Origin: Comamonadaceae bacterium
Lineage (GTDB): Bacteria; Pseudomonadota; Gammaproteobacteria; Burkholderiales; Burkholderiaceae_C
DNA: 58,688 nt
Direction of reading: 5' to 3'
NCBI GenBank assembly: GCA_947451565.1
Contig: CANFZT010000001.1
Coordinates: forward strand, 1 to 58,688
Shown here: in pieces, positions 55,477-58,688 of the stretch
Position numbering within the stretch: the first letter of the stretch is position 1
How the letters are laid out: each line of letters opens with the position of its first letter
Translations under genes and position numbers: made by a program
The notes under the pieces: model-generated
Database searches by the model: none
The model's input: only the letters and a program-made list of their open reading frames with translations
Told to the model about the DNA's origin: nothing

Positions 55477-56231
55477 GCCGTCCGCAATGCCTTCAACCAT
55501 AGATGATCAATGTCACTGAGTTTGGCTTTGTCAAACTCATCCGTGTGCTCCCAATAACGTCCCGACGCCACCATGTAGCCCAAGTCATGCTCGGCCTGCA
55601 AGGCGCGTGCAACTGCTGCTGGGTCGATTAACGCGCGTTGCGCTTGCATCAGCTGTTGACACAAGTCAGGCGTTGTCAAATCACGCCTCGCCACACGCGG
55701 AAACAACAAACGCGATTCAGGCAACTCAGACAAATTCACCACCACACAGTCATTCGCCAGTGCCAACGCCATAAAACGCGCCGACTTGGCCTCGAGCGAC
55801 TGCAAGGTCACATCCACCCGCAAGGGGTCTGGCGTACCTTGGCCATAAAAGTGACTGCTTTCGCCCAAGCCTGCCCCGTAAACCATGTCACATCCGAAGA
55901 ACGCCATTAGGTCGGGCTTCAAAGCGCCCAAGGCCCAATACCCTGCGGTGAACGCCATGGTGCCGCCCGCATATACAAAACCGCCAAAGCTGTTTTGCTG
56001 CGGCACAAATTCGGCAGCAGCAATCCGTTGTTGCGAAGGCTTCAAAGGCGTGGGCGGCAAACGCTCAGGCGCAAAGTCTTCGGGGTACACCAAATAGTCC
56101 CAGTCAGGTGTAATTTGCCATGCGTTGTTGATGGCCACGCGCTGAGCAAAGAGCGACAGGTCCCAATCTTTGGCCTGCACGGCGTCAGGTGCACTGCCAA
56201 TGAGCAACACCATTTTTAAATCCTCTGCCAC
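55473..56231 (-). CDS. Hypothetical protein
   Basis: 252-aa ORF with a globular composition (IGSAPD, AINNAW, AGGTMAFTA.YW, GCDM, HFYG). Confidence 0.7.
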   Translation of the reverse strand: MAEDLKMVLLIGSAPDAVQAKDWDLSLFAQRVAINNAWQITPDWDYLVYPEDFAPERLPPTPLKPSQQRIAAAEFVPQQNSFGGFVYAGGTMAFTAGYWALGALKPDLMAFFGCDMVYGAGLGESSHFYGQGTPDPLRVDVTLQSLEAKSARFMALALANDCVVVNLSELPESRLLFPRVARRDLTTPDLCQQLMQAQRALIDPAAVARALQAEHDLGYMVASGRYWEHTDEFDKAKLSDIDHLWLKALRTA

Positions 56232-56327
56232 GCGATGTCCGTTTCTTGAGCGCTCTTAAAACAGCAGCGATCCTAGAGCCTTGCGATAGCCATTGCCAAC
56301 CAAAGGTTGGAATGCATTTCTAAAATC

Positions 56328-56423
56328 ATGACGATGACACAACACACCGCTACCTTAGGCGTAATTTACTGGTTCAGAAAAGACCTGCGCCTGCACGACA
56401 ACTTGGCCTTGCAACAATCATGA
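56328..56423 (+). pseudogene. 31-codon relic of a photolyase/cryptochrome gene
   Basis: Manual translation MTMTQHTATLGVIYWFRKDLRLHDNLALQQS*; WFRxDLRLHDN.AL is the family N-terminal signature. Confidence 0.8.
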
Positions 56424-56782
56424 ACACCCAAGCACGCAACGTTTTGGGCACTGCCCTGGTGCCCTGCTCTTACGACCCGCTCACGGGCTACTACCGCGAC
56501 GGTTGTTGCCACACCGACGCACACGACCAAGGCAGCCATGTGGTCTGCGCCAAAGTCACACAAGCGTTTTTAGATTTCTCGCTGCAACAGGGCAACGACC
56601 TGATCACACCGCGCCCTGAACACCGCTTTGCGGGCCTCAAAGCCAGCGACCGTTGGTGCCTGTGTGCCCGCCGCTGGCAAGAAGCCTTTGAGGCTGGCGT
56701 GGCCCCGCCTGTGGTGCTGGAATGCACGCACGCCAAAGCCCTTGAATTTGTCACGCTGGAGCAATTGCAATCATGCGCTTAA
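56420..56782 (+). CDS. DUF2237-family protein
   Basis: NVLG..L..CS.DP.TG.YRDG.C, GNDL.TP, WCLCA.RW. Confidence 0.9.
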   Translation: MNTQARNVLGTALVPCSYDPLTGYYRDGCCHTDAHDQGSHVVCAKVTQAFLDFSLQQGNDLITPRPEHRFAGLKASDRWCLCARRWQEAFEAGVAPPVVLECTHAKALEFVTLEQLQSCA

Positions 56783-57453
56783 ACACACACGCCCTGCTCG
56801 CTGTGCTGGTCGGATTTTTAGGAATGGAGTCGGCCATGGCGATTGAAGAACCACGTTACGAAGTGCGCATGTCGCAAGCCCCCTTTGAGCTGCGCCAGTA
56901 CGCGCCCATCTTGATTGCCCAAACCCTCGTCGAGGGCGACATGGATGCAGCATCCAACAAGGGCTTTCGCTTGATTGCCGATTACATTTTTGGCAACAAC
57001 ATCGCTGCTACTTCAGAACCAGGCTCTGATCCGAACGCCAAACAAGCCGCCAAGATTGCCATGACCGCCCCAGTGACCGTGCAGCCCCAGTCTTCGAAAA
57101 TTGCGATGACAGCGCCCGTCACCCTTGAGCCGCAAACAGCGAGCGTGGCCGGTGCTCAAGCATGGCGCGTTCACTTTGTGATGCCCAGCCAATACACCCT
57201 GGCCAATATCCCAAAGCCCAACAACAGCGCCGTGACCTTGCACGAATTGCCGAGCAAATACATGGTGGTGCAGCGTTACTCGGGCTTCAACACTGTGGCG
57301 CGGGTGCAAGAAAAAACCGACGAGACCTTGGCTTGGGCCAAGCAACAGTCTTTGAAAGTGGTGGGCACACCCCAGCTTTCGCGCTATGACCCGCCTTGGA
57401 CGCTGCCCATGTTCAGGCGCAACGAAATCATGGTGGAGGTGGCTGCCCCATGA
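56773..57453 (+). CDS. SOUL heme-binding protein
   Basis: EEP.Y.V, E.R.Y, GFR..A.YIFG.N, KIAMTAPV, FVMP, YDPPWTLP..RRNE. Confidence 0.9.
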   Translation: MRLNTHALLAVLVGFLGMESAMAIEEPRYEVRMSQAPFELRQYAPILIAQTLVEGDMDAASNKGFRLIADYIFGNNIAATSEPGSDPNAKQAAKIAMTAPVTVQPQSSKIAMTAPVTLEPQTASVAGAQAWRVHFVMPSQYTLANIPKPNNSAVTLHELPSKYMVVQRYSGFNTVARVQEKTDETLAWAKQQSLKVVGTPQLSRYDPPWTLPMFRRNEIMVEVAAP

Positions 57454-58148
57454 ACACGCAACTTCCAGCTTCACAACAAGCTTGCATCGAACTGCGCGAT
57501 CTGCGCCTGAACACCAACATTGGCACCTACGGCCCGCACGATGTGGTGCCCGATGCCCACATGCTTGACCTCACGCTGTGGCTGTCGCCTACGCGAGTGT
57601 TGATCGCGCAAGACGGCATGTCCCATGTGTTTGACTACGACCCCTTGGTAGCCGAGATCGACCGCCTCGCCGCCGATGGCCACTACGAAACGCAAGAGCA
57701 CCTCATCACGCGCATCGTCCATGCCTGCGCGGCCTACCGCGAAATAGAGGCAGTGGACGTTGGCTTGTGCAAGTCACCTGTGCGCCAAGGCTCGGGCTTG
57801 CTGGGCGTGCGCGTGTCGGTAGATGCCCACACGCTCAACACCCTGCGCCACATTGAATCTACAGACGTGCAAGAGGCGATGACTGCCCTATCGGGGTGGA
57901 CGCTAAACACGCGTCCACAGCACCACACGTCCTGCCTGTCCAAAAGTTGGACGCTGCCCAGCTTCGAGGCGGCGGTGGCACGGTTCAACCAAATCACCCA
58001 ACTCGCCCAAACCCAAGACCACCACCCCGAGGTGCTGTCGAGCTACACACAGTTGCAGGTGCGCATTTGGACCCATGATGCGGCAGGCCTGACACACAAA
58101 GATTTCACCCTTGCCCAAGCCATCGACCAACTGAGCACCGCCCCATGA
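57450..58148 (+). CDS. Fusion of dihydroneopterin aldolase (FolB-like) and pterin-4a-carbinolamine dehydratase
   Basis: N-terminal IEL..L.....IG, FDY, ETQE, K.P (FolB-like); C-terminal GW, F..A, A...DHHPE, WTHDA.GLT.KD..LA..ID (PCD). Confidence 0.8.
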   Translation: MNTQLPASQQACIELRDLRLNTNIGTYGPHDVVPDAHMLDLTLWLSPTRVLIAQDGMSHVFDYDPLVAEIDRLAADGHYETQEHLITRIVHACAAYREIEAVDVGLCKSPVRQGSGLLGVRVSVDAHTLNTLRHIESTDVQEAMTALSGWTLNTRPQHHTSCLSKSWTLPSFEAAVARFNQITQLAQTQDHHPEVLSSYTQLQVRIWTHDAAGLTHKDFTLAQAIDQLSTAP

Positions 58149-58501
58149 AGTACCTCAAAAAACTCGACGGCTTTCAACGCTCACCCGCAGGTCTAGAGTG
58201 GCAAATTTGGAAAAAGTTGCACGTCATATTGGCCGTGGGCACAGCCCTACCGCTGCTAGCCAGTGCGGGCGCGTATGCGCTGGACGGGCTGGATGAGTTG
58301 GGGTTCGGTGCGCAAAACGCACGCGCAGTGGAGCAGTTTTTCTATGTGATGTTGGGCGTGGTCATGCTGCACTGGACGCTGGTGCTGACACTGGCCATTG
58401 GCTGCGTGATTGTGATGTTGATGAAGGGGCCTGCTTACGTGGCCGACGCCTACGAGATGGAGGAGCTGCCCCTTGGCTCAGAAAAACACATTCAAAGGTA
58501 A
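58145..58501 (+). CDS. Hypothetical membrane protein
   Basis: Two hydrophobic segments; RSPAGLEW, GCVIV.LMKGPAYVADAY; ATGA-coupled to the previous gene. Confidence 0.75.
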   Translation: MKYLKKLDGFQRSPAGLEWQIWKKLHVILAVGTALPLLASAGAYALDGLDELGFGAQNARAVEQFFYVMLGVVMLHWTLVLTLAIGCVIVMLMKGPAYVADAYEMEELPLGSEKHIQR

Positions 58502-58640
58502 CAAGCAAAGCCTACCCAGCAAGCCCTGCAAAACCTGCGGACGTGACATGACGTGGCGCAAGGCGTGGGCGAAGAACTGGGAGCAGGTGCTTTACTGCGC
58601 TGACGCTTGCCGTAAAAACAAAACGCCCACGCCTCCATGA
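58473..58640 (+). CDS. DUF2256-family small protein (missed by the ORF track)
   Basis: TTG start after GGAGGAG; KGNKQSLPSKPCKTCGRDMTWRKAWAKNWEQVLYCADACR. Confidence 0.82.
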   Translation: MAQKNTFKGNKQSLPSKPCKTCGRDMTWRKAWAKNWEQVLYCADACRKNKTPTPP

Positions 58641-58688
58641 GTTACGAGCTGGTTTGGTTCAAGCGAGACCTGCGCTGGCAAGACCACG
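58637..58688 (+). CDS. Photolyase/cryptochrome-family protein, 5' end only (runs off the window)
   Basis: MSYELVWFKRDLRWQDH; ATGA overlap with the DUF2256 gene. Confidence 0.8.
   Translation, partial: MSYELVWFKRDLRWQDH

Noticed and set aside
57052-57123. Duplicated KIAMTAPVT peptide in the SOUL protein
   Set aside because: Such repeats are common in SOUL-family proteins; not a mobile or novel repeat
1-58688. CRISPR arrays, tRNA/rRNA genes, insertion sequences, prophage genes
   Set aside because: No regularly spaced repeats, RNA-gene signatures, or transposase, integrase or phage motifs were recognised by eye; small structured RNAs cannot be excluded without a covariance-model search

Overview
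Betaproteobacterial chromosome segment; the protein sequences look like Comamonadaceae, possibly a freshwater Limnohabitans-like organism (inference). It has four blocks. (1) 1-8085: housekeeping and sulfur genes (hrpA partial, argA, dsbB, a thiol-dioxygenase/rhodanese fusion, yggX, degenerate mnmC). (2) 8117-12655: an AT-richer cassette encoding a Cyc2-like cytochrome-porin, a periplasmic monoheme cytochrome c, a NapC/NirT tetraheme protein and a two-component system. This is a candidate outer-membrane-to-quinone electron conduit, followed by chrA and a truncated LRR gene. (3) 14599-49923: a ~33 kb phosphorus-starvation super-cluster followed by an ars operon. It holds phoX, ppx, ppk1, ppk2, sixA, pstSCAB-phoU-phoBR, lipid-remodelling genes (olsBA, plcP, agt-like, ugd, lplT, dgkA), an unexplained Psd-like/class-III aminotransferase/DUF962-like trio, a TPAT-type TRAP transporter and an MgtE-N/CorA hybrid, with many Pho-box-like repeats; the ars operon is divergent from pstS. 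(4) 49970-58688: a probable light/photo-oxidative stress cluster (DUF2878, DUF3833, MpaB-like, DUF2805, Rrf2, MerR, photolyase relic, DUF2237, SOUL, FolB-PCD fusion, DUF2256, partial photolyase). I saw no rRNA, tRNA, CRISPR array or transposase. All family calls come from motif recognition by eye, not database searches.
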